From an uncultured Thermococci archaeon (GTDB taxonomy: Archaea; CAYQAE01; CAYVLA01), in NCBI GenBank assembly GCA_964549615.1, contig CAZJVP010000076.1, positions 33,802 through 97,801 on the forward strand: DNA of 64,000 nt. Reading direction: 5' to 3'. Position 1 is the first letter of the stretch, and each line of letters begins with the position of its first letter. This document shows, piece after piece, positions 19,700 to 28,703 of the stretch. A program made the position numbers and the translations under genes. The notes below the pieces were generated by a model. That model saw nothing but the letters and a program-made list of their open reading frames with translations. It was not told the DNA's origin and made no database searches.

Positions 19700-21172
19700 C
19701 TACCGCGCGATCTTGCGGGTGGCTGCAAGGAGCCCGAATGCTGCTAGGGGCAGGATGGCGCCCTCGATTATGGGGATCACTGCCACGTTGCCCATGGTGT
19801 TGTAGCCTCTCGGCCAGATCATGTTGTTCGCGTTGTACGCCCCGCCCGCCGTGAAGCAGTAGACGACGGTATCCTCGGAGCAGACGAACGCCCACTCGAC
19901 CTTGCCGTCGCCATCGAAGTCTCCCATTATCTGCTTGACATCGCCCGGGCCCCACAACGGCGCACCGACCGTGGGGTCCACTGGTATGTTCGGGTTAACC
20001 CAGAGTTGGTCCCATGCGTACTCGATGCTACCCTTCGAGTCTATCGAGAAGATCAGCGTCGTCGCCCTGCCGCCGACAACGTCCATCTTTCCGTCGCCGG
20101 TGAAGTCACCGATCAGCGAGGTGAAGGCGATCGCTGGGGCCGTCCACTTCTTCTTTCCATTGTAGTCCAGACAGTAGAGGTGAAGGGCCAGACCTGTTGG
20201 TCCGATGCCCACGTCAGAGACGAAGACCTCAAGGAACCCATCGCCATCGATGTCCCCGATGGACGGGCTCTCCGAAGCCCAGCCCGTCATCGCGGCGGTG
20301 GGGTCCAGGCTGAAAGTCCATTTCTCGGTTCCAAAGAAAGTAAGGCAGTATAGCTTGAGCTCGTCTGGCACCATAACTAGGATCTCGTACTCGCCGTCCT
20401 TGTCGATGTCGCCAACCGCTGCGGTCGATTGCCCGGGCTTGTTGCCGAAATTGAAGCGCCATTTCTCAACCCCGGAGCTGGTCAAGCAGTAGATCATCTT
20501 TCCGTTCTGGCACGGGATCAGGATCTCAACCTCGCCGTCCTTGTCGACGTCCCATGCGGTGGGCCCACTGTTCGTGCCTTCAGCCATCTGGAACCTCCAC
20601 TTCTCGCGGCCGTCGTGGCTGAGGACGTAGAGCCAGCCAACGCCCCCTGTTGCGAAGATTACCTCCTTCTTGCCGTCACCATCGATGTCAAAGATCGTCG
20701 GGCTGTTGTCCGAGCCTGCCTCAGGGGTGAACTGCCACTTGAGCTGGGGCCTGCCCCCGATAACGTTGAAACAGTGCACCCAGTTGTTCCTGCCTATGGC
20801 GACAACCTCGAGCTTCCCGTCGCCGTCCAAGTCATCTATCGCCGGGACACACATTGGGTCGCCAGGAAGGTTGTCCTTGTCGGGCGGGGGATAGATCCAC
20901 TGGATCGCACCCGTCTTCCCGCTCAGGCAGACCAGCCTGTCGGTCATCTGCTGGAGGCCCTTTCTCCTGCAGAGGAGGATATCAACCGTTCCGTCGCCGT
21001 CGATGTCAGCGTAGTTCATCCCACCGAGAACGCTCTCGTACAGGCCCGTCTGGGCTGTCACGTTCGAAGCCCATTTTAGTGTGAGGCGCTTCTGCGCGTA
21101 TGCGCTTGTCGCTAGAGACACTGCGGCTAGAACCACAACTAGAGAGTACTTGAGGGCCGTTTTCACGCCCAC
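19700..21172 (-). CDS. Secreted FG-GAP/VCBS-repeat beta-propeller protein with C-terminal membrane anchor
   Basis: Signal peptide; about 8 DxDGDGxxE(D) repeats; hydrophobic C-terminus followed by RKIAR. Confidence 0.88.
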   Translation of the reverse strand: MGVKTALKYSLVVVLAAVSLATSAYAQKRLTLKWASNVTAQTGLYESVLGGMNYADIDGDGTVDILLCRRKGLQQMTDRLVCLSGKTGAIQWIYPPPDKDNLPGDPMCVPAIDDLDGDGKLEVVAIGRNNWVHCFNVIGGRPQLKWQFTPEAGSDNSPTIFDIDGDGKKEVIFATGGVGWLYVLSHDGREKWRFQMAEGTNSGPTAWDVDKDGEVEILIPCQNGKMIYCLTSSGVEKWRFNFGNKPGQSTAAVGDIDKDGEYEILVMVPDELKLYCLTFFGTEKWTFSLDPTAAMTGWASESPSIGDIDGDGFLEVFVSDVGIGPTGLALHLYCLDYNGKKKWTAPAIAFTSLIGDFTGDGKMDVVGGRATTLIFSIDSKGSIEYAWDQLWVNPNIPVDPTVGAPLWGPGDVKQIMGDFDGDGKVEWAFVCSEDTVVYCFTAGGAYNANNMIWPRGYNTMGNVAVIPIIEGAILPLAAFGLLAATRKIAR

Positions 21173-21293
21173 AAACCTCCGCGTTCTGCATGCCGTATGA
21201 AGATAAAAAGATTATGGCAACCAACCAACCAAGCAGGTGAGGCTGTTGCATTGGCTGGGGGTCGCGGCCTGCCGTTGACTACCTAGGCACCGG

Positions 21294-21725
21294 CTAGATC
21301 GCCGGGTCTTTGCGGGAGGCGGGGGGCTTGCCGGTCATCCTTGCCTCGAGGTTGCAAAAATAGGTATAGAGGCCTTCGATGTGGGAGATCTCGCCCATGG
21401 TGGCTTTCTGTATCCTCCTCCTGTATTCCAGGTCGGGCGCGATGCCCAGCGACCTAGCAGCCGCCTCGGCCGCGCGGGCGATCTCTCTGCCCTCGCGGTC
21501 GTAGTCCGTGAGGATGACCACCTTGCTGCAGATAGGCAGGAGTCCGAAGAGCGGCTTCGTGCTCGCCTGAATGATGGGGGCTCTGATGCCGAGCCTCCTA
21601 AGTGCGCTGGTATCCCTGGGCCCTTCGACCAGTATCGACGTATCCAGCGGCAGCGATCTTAGATCCTCAAGTATCTCGCAGAGGTCTTGGTAGATAGCTT
21701 CCTTGGGTTGCAACGGAAGGCTCAT
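21294..21725 (-). CDS. Stand-alone Toprim-domain protein (RNase M5/small primase-like)
   Basis: ILVEGPRD..ALRRLG and ILTDYDREG. Start uncertain. Confidence 0.85.
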   Translation of the reverse strand: MSLPLQPKEAIYQDLCEILEDLRSLPLDTSILVEGPRDTSALRRLGIRAPIIQASTKPLFGLLPICSKVVILTDYDREGREIARAAEAAARSLGIAPDLEYRRRIQKATMGEISHIEGLYTYFCNLEARMTGKPPASRKDPAI

Positions 21726-21777
21726 TGGGGGCCTAGGCATAAATTTGGTTTTCCCGGACTTTCGGAACGACCTTGCT

Positions 21778-22230
21778 TTACATGGCGGAATCCCGGCGTT
21801 CCGATCCAAGCTGGATCCTCCGGGTGGTTCCCGTCCTCGTCTCAGTCACCACTCCGCTTTCCATGAGCTGCTTCACCCGGCTGGCAACGATCCTCCTGGA
21901 TGCCTTGCCCCTTTCTTGTCTGATGTCCCGGGTGAGCTCGGAGATATTCCTCGGCCCTTTCCTCGCGAGAGATAGTATGATGTCCTTTGCGAGCTGGTCT
22001 TTGGAGATCCACGCGTCCTGGGTGGCCCTCCTGAAGCTTGAGATGTAGGAAAGGAGATGCGAGACCTCGTCGTAGAAGCGGATGCTTCCTCTGAAGAAGG
22101 CGAAGAGACCCCGCACCTCGTCCATCTGGGATTCTTGGGATGCAAGAAGGCTCTCGATCTTTTCGAGCCTGTCCTCTAGCCTGCCTAGCTGCTCTTCGAG
22201 CCTTCTGAGTCGCTGGTCACCTGAGGCCAC
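21778..22230 (-). CDS. Coiled-coil plus winged-HTH transcriptional regulator
   Basis: Heptad N-terminus; IILSLARKGPRNISELTR...SRRIVASRVKQLMESGVV. Confidence 0.75.
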   Translation of the reverse strand: MASGDQRLRRLEEQLGRLEDRLEKIESLLASQESQMDEVRGLFAFFRGSIRFYDEVSHLLSYISSFRRATQDAWISKDQLAKDIILSLARKGPRNISELTRDIRQERGKASRRIVASRVKQLMESGVVTETRTGTTRRIQLGSERRDSAM

Positions 22231-22474
22231 GGCCCCTCACGATCTCCCTCAGGTGAATCTGGCCGGATCTATAGGCTTTGGAAAGCTCCCTTACGGCCTG
22301 GGCCGGGAGATTCTCTTCGACGAGCGCGCGTCTGAAGGCCTTGGCGGAGGCCTCTCGCTGAGTGAGGTACAGCGCGCCCACCTTGCCTGCTTCAAGCGCC
22401 AGGCCCAGCGCAGCTCCTGCCAGGGAGGCTCCTCGGCGCAAGCGAGAAACGCTCGACATGCTGAAGCTCTTCAT
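22217..22474 (-). CDS. Small hypothetical protein
   Basis: Overlaps both neighbours; FRRALVEENLPAQAVRELSKAY motif. Confidence 0.6.
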   Translation of the reverse strand: MKSFSMSSVSRLRRGASLAGAALGLALEAGKVGALYLTQREASAKAFRRALVEENLPAQAVRELSKAYRSGQIHLREIVRGRGLR

Positions 22475-22728
22475 TCGTTCTTTCGTCCCAGTCCTTGGAA
22501 GATCTTCCTGAAGTCGATCACCAGCCCCTTGGACATCTCGAGGGCTTCCTTCTGCTCTATTCCGTTCTCGACCAACGTCTTGTAGAAGGTCGCAATCGAC
22601 TTGGCCATCGTCGCGGCGGTCTCCGGCGAGTAGACGGCGTCAATCAGGTCCTTAATCAGCCCTGGAACCTCGCTTCGCAGCGCCGAGAAGATCTCGGCGA
22701 TCTCCTGTGCGTCCTTCCTTTCGGTCAA
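22471..22728 (-). CDS. Small helical hypothetical protein
   Basis: GAGGAGAGAG SD; FYKTLVENGIEQKEALEM motif. Confidence 0.7.
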   Translation of the reverse strand: MTERKDAQEIAEIFSALRSEVPGLIKDLIDAVYSPETAATMAKSIATFYKTLVENGIEQKEALEMSKGLVIDFRKIFQGLGRKNE

Positions 22729-22854
22729 CTCTCTCTCCTCAATTCGTCGCTGGATCCGTTACAGCTGTGCACTTGATAAAACGTTGTTGGCCAGAAGTGG
22801 TCAGGCCGACCGCATTTGATGGCGCCGGGCTTCGAGGCGGGCCAAGGGCTCTCC

Positions 22855-23199
22855 CTAGCCGTAAGCGGCACTCTCGGTTTGATCCTTTGGCCCTGCCTGG
22901 ACCATCCTGGGACTGGGCATCGTTATCTCGCCGAACCGCGACTCGTACCTCTTCAGGTTCTCTGACATCGCATTGCAGAGCGCCTTGAAGTGTGCCGGCG
23001 TAAGCACTACCTCCGCGACAACGTCCTTGCTCTGGCTGATCCCTCCGCCCGGAGCCGGCTGGGTCATCCATGTATCGAAGAACGTTACCCTGAACTCCGT
23101 CGCCGAATGGTTGACCATGGCGTCGGTGGAAAACACGGCGTTCTTGTCCCTCTTGATGTTTGCTTGGAGCTTCTTTTCCTTGTCCACGTCGTGGCTCAA
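22855..23199 (-). CDS. DUF3467-like protein
   Basis: AVFST..VNHSATEFRVTF...VVAEVVLTPAHFKAL...ENLKRYESRFGEI. Start inferred. Confidence 0.8.
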   Translation of the reverse strand: MSHDVDKEKKLQANIKRDKNAVFSTDAMVNHSATEFRVTFFDTWMTQPAPGGGISQSKDVVAEVVLTPAHFKALCNAMSENLKRYESRFGEITMPSPRMVQAGPKDQTESAAYG

Positions 23200-23287
23200 A
23201 CCAACATCGCCCCAGACGGCGGTGGCCTTCTTGCTTATTAGTCTTTGGAGAGTCCCGTCCCGTCCCGAGCCGTCGGCCCGGGCGAGC

Positions 23288-23857
23288 CTAGATGACCGTG
23301 GTCTCTCCGCATTTCTGACAGACGACCTTGGATCCGCGGCTGACCTTTTTTGCCTGTTGCACATCGAGAATCCGATTGCCGCATCTGCAGACGTAGCCGG
23401 CTAGCCGCGCGGGGTTCCCGACGACTAGGGCATGCGGCGGAACGTCGCGGGTGATCACGGATCCAGCCCCAGCCATGGAGTATTCCCCAACGGTCACGCC
23501 GCAGATCACCGTGCAGTTGGCACCGATGGATGCGCCCCGCTTCACCAACGTCGGCACTATCACCCATTGCCGCGAAAAGGCCCTTGGGTACTTGTCGTTA
23601 GTGAAGACGACATGGGGCCCGATGAACACGTCGTCCTCAACGGTGACGCCCCTGAAGATCGATGCCCTGTTTTCGATCTTAACCCCGCTGCCGATGCGCA
23701 CATCGGCGTCCACGTAGGCGCACTTGCCCAGTATGCAGTTCCGCCCGATGACGGCACCCTCGCGCACCTGCGCGTGGTGCCAGATCTTGGTCCCCTCCCC
23801 GATCTTTGCCTTCTCGGATACGACGGCAGTCGGGTGGGCAAAATAGGGTTCACTCAA
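23288..23857 (-). CDS. Hexapeptide-repeat N-acyltransferase (WbpD-like) with Zn-ribbon tail
   Basis: HPTAVV..KIGEGTKIWH, VFTNDKYPR, VVGNPAR, CRCG...CQKCG. Confidence 0.9.
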   Translation of the reverse strand: MSEPYFAHPTAVVSEKAKIGEGTKIWHHAQVREGAVIGRNCILGKCAYVDADVRIGSGVKIENRASIFRGVTVEDDVFIGPHVVFTNDKYPRAFSRQWVIVPTLVKRGASIGANCTVICGVTVGEYSMAGAGSVITRDVPPHALVVGNPARLAGYVCRCGNRILDVQQAKKVSRGSKVVCQKCGETTVI

Positions 23858-24693
23858 GCCAAAGCCTCCCGAGAAGCGGCCTTGAAAGCTGCCTCAGCAT
23901 CCTCGCCCTGATGCACGATCCGTCTCAGCGCGCGAGCCAGCAAGGCCGGATACCTGTCCAAGAGGAGATTGCGACCGATGACAAGGCCGGAGCCCCCGTC
24001 GCAGATGGCATCGTGGCTGCGCTCCAGGAAGTCCTTGACGGACACCTTCTTTCCACCAAGCACGAGCACCCGGGCATTGACCGACCGTACGATATCCCGG
24101 AAGCTCCTCCGGCGCGATGACCTTGACCGCCCGTCCGGATACGGGATCTTCAAGGCCGGCACGGAGAAGTCGGCCGCCACTATTGCAGCATAGCGTATCC
24201 TATCCGGGCGGGAGTCGACCTTCAGCTTTCCGCCGACCCGGACGCAGTAAAGCGGCTCCAGGACGAGGGGTAGGTCCCATTTCTCACAGACCTCGCAGAT
24301 CTCGCCGCACATCTCAAGTTGGCGAGAGGTTTCCGGGCTCGTCGGATCGATCCTGAGCAAGAGCTTTGCCCCGTCCAGACCCCAGCGGACGGCCGTCTGA
24401 GGTCGTGCGACAAGCCTGTCGTCCCATTCGAATGCAGACTGGGAAAGCCCGGTGCGGTTGAGGGAAAGCAGTAGCGCCTTCCGAGGTAGTTCCTTGGGCC
24501 ATGAGGTTATCAGGTGGCGCATCGGCTCCTTGGTGGCGATCAGCCCATCTGCGAAGGGCAGGACGGAGAAGAGCGTCGAGGCTAAGCGCGAGAAGTCGGT
24601 CAGGCCTTCTTGGACGCCCCGCTGGCGATGGTCCGCGGCAACTATCAGCGTCCTGCCGTCGGTCCCGAAGATCCTAGACATGCGGTTGACCAT
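23854..24693 (-). CDS. Class I aldolase-like TIM barrel (Cgl0159-like)
   Basis: IVAADHRQRG, SLNRTGL..FEWDDR, GAKLLLRID, LKIPY, LGG, IGRN. Confidence 0.75.
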   Translation of the reverse strand: MVNRMSRIFGTDGRTLIVAADHRQRGVQEGLTDFSRLASTLFSVLPFADGLIATKEPMRHLITSWPKELPRKALLLSLNRTGLSQSAFEWDDRLVARPQTAVRWGLDGAKLLLRIDPTSPETSRQLEMCGEICEVCEKWDLPLVLEPLYCVRVGGKLKVDSRPDRIRYAAIVAADFSVPALKIPYPDGRSRSSRRRSFRDIVRSVNARVLVLGGKKVSVKDFLERSHDAICDGGSGLVIGRNLLLDRYPALLARALRRIVHQGEDAEAAFKAASREALA

Positions 24694-24738
24694 GCCCGCG
24701 CGATGGTCCCAGGGGTCCTCTGGCTCCTTCAGAATGGA

Positions 24739-26331
24739 TCACGTCTCAAGGTTTCTGGATTCTCCGTAGAGCTCGTAGAAGTCCGGATAGATCGTCGCCA
24801 TCTTCTCGTAGACGGCTTTGAAGAGCGCGTATCCCTTCCTGTAGACGGCTGCATTCCTTGGGTCCGGATTCACCGTTTGCTTCTTCGGCAGCCACGAGTG
24901 GATGGCTTCTGGCCTGACCTCCTTCACGCCCACGGCACCGATCAGCGCGTCCCCGTACGGCGTGCCTGGGAACTCGGCCATGAAATCAATGCTCGTCTCC
25001 AGCACGTCCGCTAGGATGGATCTCCAGACCGGGGACTTGCTCCCACCGTCCACGAGGAGGGTGGGTTTGTCGAGGGTAACGCCCGACTGGACGGCCTGCT
25101 CCACGTTCCACTTGTGAAGGTAAGCCGCCCCCTCCAGCACGGACCTGTAGATGGCTCCCGTGTCGTGAAGGTGTCTGAGGCCGAAGAAACCTCCGGTCGC
25201 AGCCGTGTTCCAGATCGGCGTTCTCTCGCCCATGAGGAAGGGATGGAAGATGATCCCAAGGCTGCCCGGTGGGACCTTTGCAGCCAACTCGTCGAGCTCC
25301 TTGGGCTTCAGGCGTCCGCCGAGGTTCGTCCGGAACCACGGATCGACCGCGCCGCCGGGGTAGGCACCGCCGCCAAAGGAGTAGATGAGGTCCCTTGATC
25401 TCACGGCGTGCGGGTAGTTGATCAGCCTCTTGGCGAAGGATGCCTTTGCAGGGTCCTGAAGGATGCCCCAGCACCAGCTGGTTCCAGTCATCAGGCCGTT
25501 GAACCCGGACTCCACGCCACCAGTGGCCACGAGCGAGACTGGCGCATCTATCCCGCTCGCCACAACCGGGGTCCCTGGACGGACGCCGATGGCCTTGGCA
25601 GCCTCCGGCAAGACCTCGCCGACGACCTCGTCCGAGGAAACCAGCTCGCCGAAGATCTCGGGGTGAAGGTCGATGTCCTTGAACTCGGCTGACACCCTCT
25701 TGCGAGCCGATCTCGTGAGCATGGATAGGACCTCCTCGGATATCTTGTACTTCCGTATGTCGAAGACCCCTGCGAAGTTGCCCATCGAGCAGTAGTCGGT
25801 GACGACCCTCCCGGTGAGCTTCTCGATGACGTAGCCATTCGGGGTGACGAGGTGCTTGGTCTTCTTGAAGAGACGCGGCTCGTTGACCATGAACCAGAAC
25901 ATCTTAGTGTAACCGTAGTAGGAGTGGATGGTGTAGTTCCCGGAGACCCCGCCGAACACCTCCTCGCCTATCTCCTCCCTGAGGATGTCGCACTCCCGGA
26001 AGGCCCTTTGGTCCAACCATATCATGCACGGCCTTATGGGCCTCATCTCCGCGTCGACCGGGATGCCCGATCCGCCGTAGAGCCCGGAGAAGCATACGGC
26101 GCCGATGTCCTTGGGGTCGAGGCGGGACTTCTTGATCGCTTGTGTGGATGTGGACTTGACGGCCTCCCACCATGGGTCTGGCCATTGCTCGGCCCCGTTT
26201 GGGTGCTCCTTTGGAACCGTGAATCCCGGCTTGTAGTCCACGGAGCTTTCAGCCACTATTCTGCCCGATCCAACATCGACGATGATGGTCTTTGTGCTCC
26301 CGGTGCCGATGTCACCCGCAAGGACGAACAT
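24739..26331 (-). CDS. FGGY-family carbohydrate kinase (xylulokinase-like)
   Basis: DIGTGSTK, WLDQRA, SGID, GTSW, PFLMGERTPIWN, VLEG, GGSKSPVW. Start reset to ATG 26331. Confidence 0.92.
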   Translation of the reverse strand: MFVLAGDIGTGSTKTIIVDVGSGRIVAESSVDYKPGFTVPKEHPNGAEQWPDPWWEAVKSTSTQAIKKSRLDPKDIGAVCFSGLYGGSGIPVDAEMRPIRPCMIWLDQRAFRECDILREEIGEEVFGGVSGNYTIHSYYGYTKMFWFMVNEPRLFKKTKHLVTPNGYVIEKLTGRVVTDYCSMGNFAGVFDIRKYKISEEVLSMLTRSARKRVSAEFKDIDLHPEIFGELVSSDEVVGEVLPEAAKAIGVRPGTPVVASGIDAPVSLVATGGVESGFNGLMTGTSWCWGILQDPAKASFAKRLINYPHAVRSRDLIYSFGGGAYPGGAVDPWFRTNLGGRLKPKELDELAAKVPPGSLGIIFHPFLMGERTPIWNTAATGGFFGLRHLHDTGAIYRSVLEGAAYLHKWNVEQAVQSGVTLDKPTLLVDGGSKSPVWRSILADVLETSIDFMAEFPGTPYGDALIGAVGVKEVRPEAIHSWLPKKQTVNPDPRNAAVYRKGYALFKAVYEKMATIYPDFYELYGESRNLET

Positions 26332-26670
26332 TTCGCACCCACCCGGCGGTAAGGACGTTTTGAACTCCAAAGACGGGATAAAAGTCTTTCTCGGTGCGTC
26401 TGGCAGCGTGGAAACTCCCTTCCGCGTGCACCGAGGTCCATCCGCCACCGTGCGGGCGATTATGTTTCGCTGGAGCTCCTTGCCCTCTGGCCGTTGCAGG
26501 CGGACCTTGGAGTTCAGCGCGGAGCCTTCGACGGCTGGCTGCGAGTCTCCCGGCGTTCAGGGGGACCTGCGTCCGGAGTCCCTCACGGCACGTGCAGCGC
26601 CCCATTCGCCCATCACGGACCAGGACAAGCTAAGAGTTAAGAGAAACTCCTGCAGGAGGCGGGGCGGTCG

Positions 26671-27468
26671 ATGGATTTGTCCTCCCAGATGGGAAAGGAG
26701 ATTCGCCTGTCCAAGTTCCTGGACCCGTCGGGCCGTGCGGCGATCGTTGTGAAGGCCGATCAGGGTCTTGCGCTGGGGCCAGTGCCCGGGTTGGAGGAAA
26801 TGGCGTCTGGCCTCGGGGCAATCGTCTCGGCCGGGGTCGACGCCGTCATCCTCAGCCCGGGCCAGGCTGCGAAGCAGGCCCATCTCTTCAAGGGAAGGCG
26901 GGCGCCCGCGCTCCTTGTTAGGTCAGACTGGTCAAACGTCGCAAGAACCCAGTCCTTCCCTCTGCCCTGGAAAAGGATGACCCACGTGGCGGTCGCTGGG
27001 GCAAAGCATGCCGCGTTCCTCGGAGCGCATGGGTTAGTTGCCAGCTTCTACGTCGGATACAAGGATGACGAGGATGAGGCGGACAACCTTCAGTCCGTCT
27101 CACAGCTGGCTGCCGAGTGCTTACAGTACGGCCTCCCGCTTCTGGTGGAGGCGCTGCCTCTTGGCGAGCGCATCACGGAGCAGAACTACCTTGACTCGCT
27201 CAAGATGGCCGGAAGGATGTCGCTCGAGGTCGGGGCGGACGGGATCATCGTGCCGTATGCAGGATCGGAGCGCTCGATGCGCGATGTTGTGGAAGCTGCC
27301 GGAGCCGCGCCGGTGCTTCTTTTGCTTTCTGGCGTGAAGGATGGAGAGGGGATCTCGGAGTCGGTGAGGGCCGGGGTCAAGGGGGTCGTGATCGAGGCCA
27401 CGGGGCTAGGGGAAGACGTAGGACCCTCGATCGCGGGCCTCTCGCGGCTTCTCGGCCGGGGTGGGTAG
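26671..27468 (+). CDS. DhnA-type class I aldolase paralog, apparently catalytically degenerate
   Basis: Strongly similar to the next gene (GKEIRLS, SPGQAA, FKGR..PA.LVR.DW.N) but has GADGIIVPY in place of GADAIKAPY. Confidence 0.8.
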   Translation: MDLSSQMGKEIRLSKFLDPSGRAAIVVKADQGLALGPVPGLEEMASGLGAIVSAGVDAVILSPGQAAKQAHLFKGRRAPALLVRSDWSNVARTQSFPLPWKRMTHVAVAGAKHAAFLGAHGLVASFYVGYKDDEDEADNLQSVSQLAAECLQYGLPLLVEALPLGERITEQNYLDSLKMAGRMSLEVGADGIIVPYAGSERSMRDVVEAAGAAPVLLLLSGVKDGEGISESVRAGVKGVVIEATGLGEDVGPSIAGLSRLLGRGG

Positions 27469-27470
27469 AC

Positions 27471-28703
27471 TTGATGACCGGTCCGGGGAAGGAGATACGG
27501 CTCAGCAGGATCATCGATCCCGGCGACGGCCGCGCGGTCGTGATCGCGGCTGACCATGGCTACATGCTGGGTCCCATAAGCGGGGTGGTGGATCTTGCGA
27601 AGACCATCGAGTCCGTTGCGGGAGGCGGCGCGGACGGCATACTGGTGAGCCCCGGCCAGGCGGCCCGGATAGGGTACCTGTTCAAAGGCAGGGATCGGCC
27701 AGCGATGCTTGTGAGAGCGGATTGGACTAACGCCTTCAGGACGAAGACCTACACCCTTCCGTCAAGGCACGTGCAGCACAGGTACATGACCTCGCCCAGC
27801 GAGGCACTTGCGTTGGGGGCAGACGCCATCGTGATATACTTCTTCGTCGGCTATGCGGATGACAGGGAGGAAGCCGAGCATGTGTCAAGGGTCGCCAGAT
27901 ATGCGAGGGAGTGCGAGGAGATCGGGCTCCCCCTGATAGTTGAGCCGATCCCGCTGGGCGAAAGGATAACCGGCGCCAACTACAATGAACTGGTTGGGAT
28001 ATCTATCAGGATGTCTGCTGAGATAGGGGCAGATGCCATAAAGGCACCCTACACGAACGATGTGGAGATGTACAGGGAGATCGTAAGATCGGCTGGGATT
28101 CCGATCCTTATCCTCGGAGGGGCCAAGTCCAAGACCCTGAGGGATGCCCTCGAGGTGGTGGAGGAGGCGCTGGAGTCGGGCGCCTGCGGTACAGTTTTCG
28201 GCCGGAACGTCGTGCAGGCCCCGGACCCTGGGGACATGGTGAGGAGGATATGCCAGGTCGTTCACGGTGGCAAGTCTGCGAGGGAGGTTACACGGCCGGT
28301 GGCCGTCGGGCCGATGAGGTTGAAGGTCTCTCGCCCGCAAGATTGCACGGGCTGTCGGATGTGCGAGATTGCGTGCAGCGCAGCGCATGGACCAGGGTAC
28401 GACCTGGAGTCGGCGAGGCTGATCGTGCGCGCAACCAGCGATGGCTTTAGGCCAACGGTGTGCACCCAGTGTCTGAAGTGCCTGGAGGCCTGTCCGAGCA
28501 AAGCTCTTTCCGTCGACGAGAGGCTGGGCTTCGTGGCTTTGGACGCCTCCAGATGCGACGGCTGCGGGCTGTGCGCCCAGGCCTGTCCGGTGGGAGTGAT
28601 CAGGATGCGGGAGGGCAGGCCGCTATTGTGCGACCTCTGCGGGGGCATTCCCGAGTGCGAAGAGTGGTGCCCGAGGCAGGTCCTCAGCTCGGCGGGTGGG
28701 TGA
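27471..28703 (+). CDS. DhnA-type class I aldolase fused to a 4x[4Fe-4S] electron-transfer domain
   Basis: AADHG, ADAIKAPY, ILGG, FGRN; C-terminal CTGCRMCEIAC, CTQCLKCLEACP, CDGCGLCAQACP, CDLCGGIPECEEWCP. Confidence 0.88.
   Translation: MMTGPGKEIRLSRIIDPGDGRAVVIAADHGYMLGPISGVVDLAKTIESVAGGGADGILVSPGQAARIGYLFKGRDRPAMLVRADWTNAFRTKTYTLPSRHVQHRYMTSPSEALALGADAIVIYFFVGYADDREEAEHVSRVARYARECEEIGLPLIVEPIPLGERITGANYNELVGISIRMSAEIGADAIKAPYTNDVEMYREIVRSAGIPILILGGAKSKTLRDALEVVEEALESGACGTVFGRNVVQAPDPGDMVRRICQVVHGGKSAREVTRPVAVGPMRLKVSRPQDCTGCRMCEIACSAAHGPGYDLESARLIVRATSDGFRPTVCTQCLKCLEACPSKALSVDERLGFVALDASRCDGCGLCAQACPVGVIRMREGRPLLCDLCGGIPECEEWCPRQVLSSAGG

Noticed and set aside
26390-26436. Hairpin CTCGGTGC...GCACCGAG in the kinase/aldolase intergenic region
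   Set aside because: A single GC-rich stem with no recognisable RNA family; may be chance.
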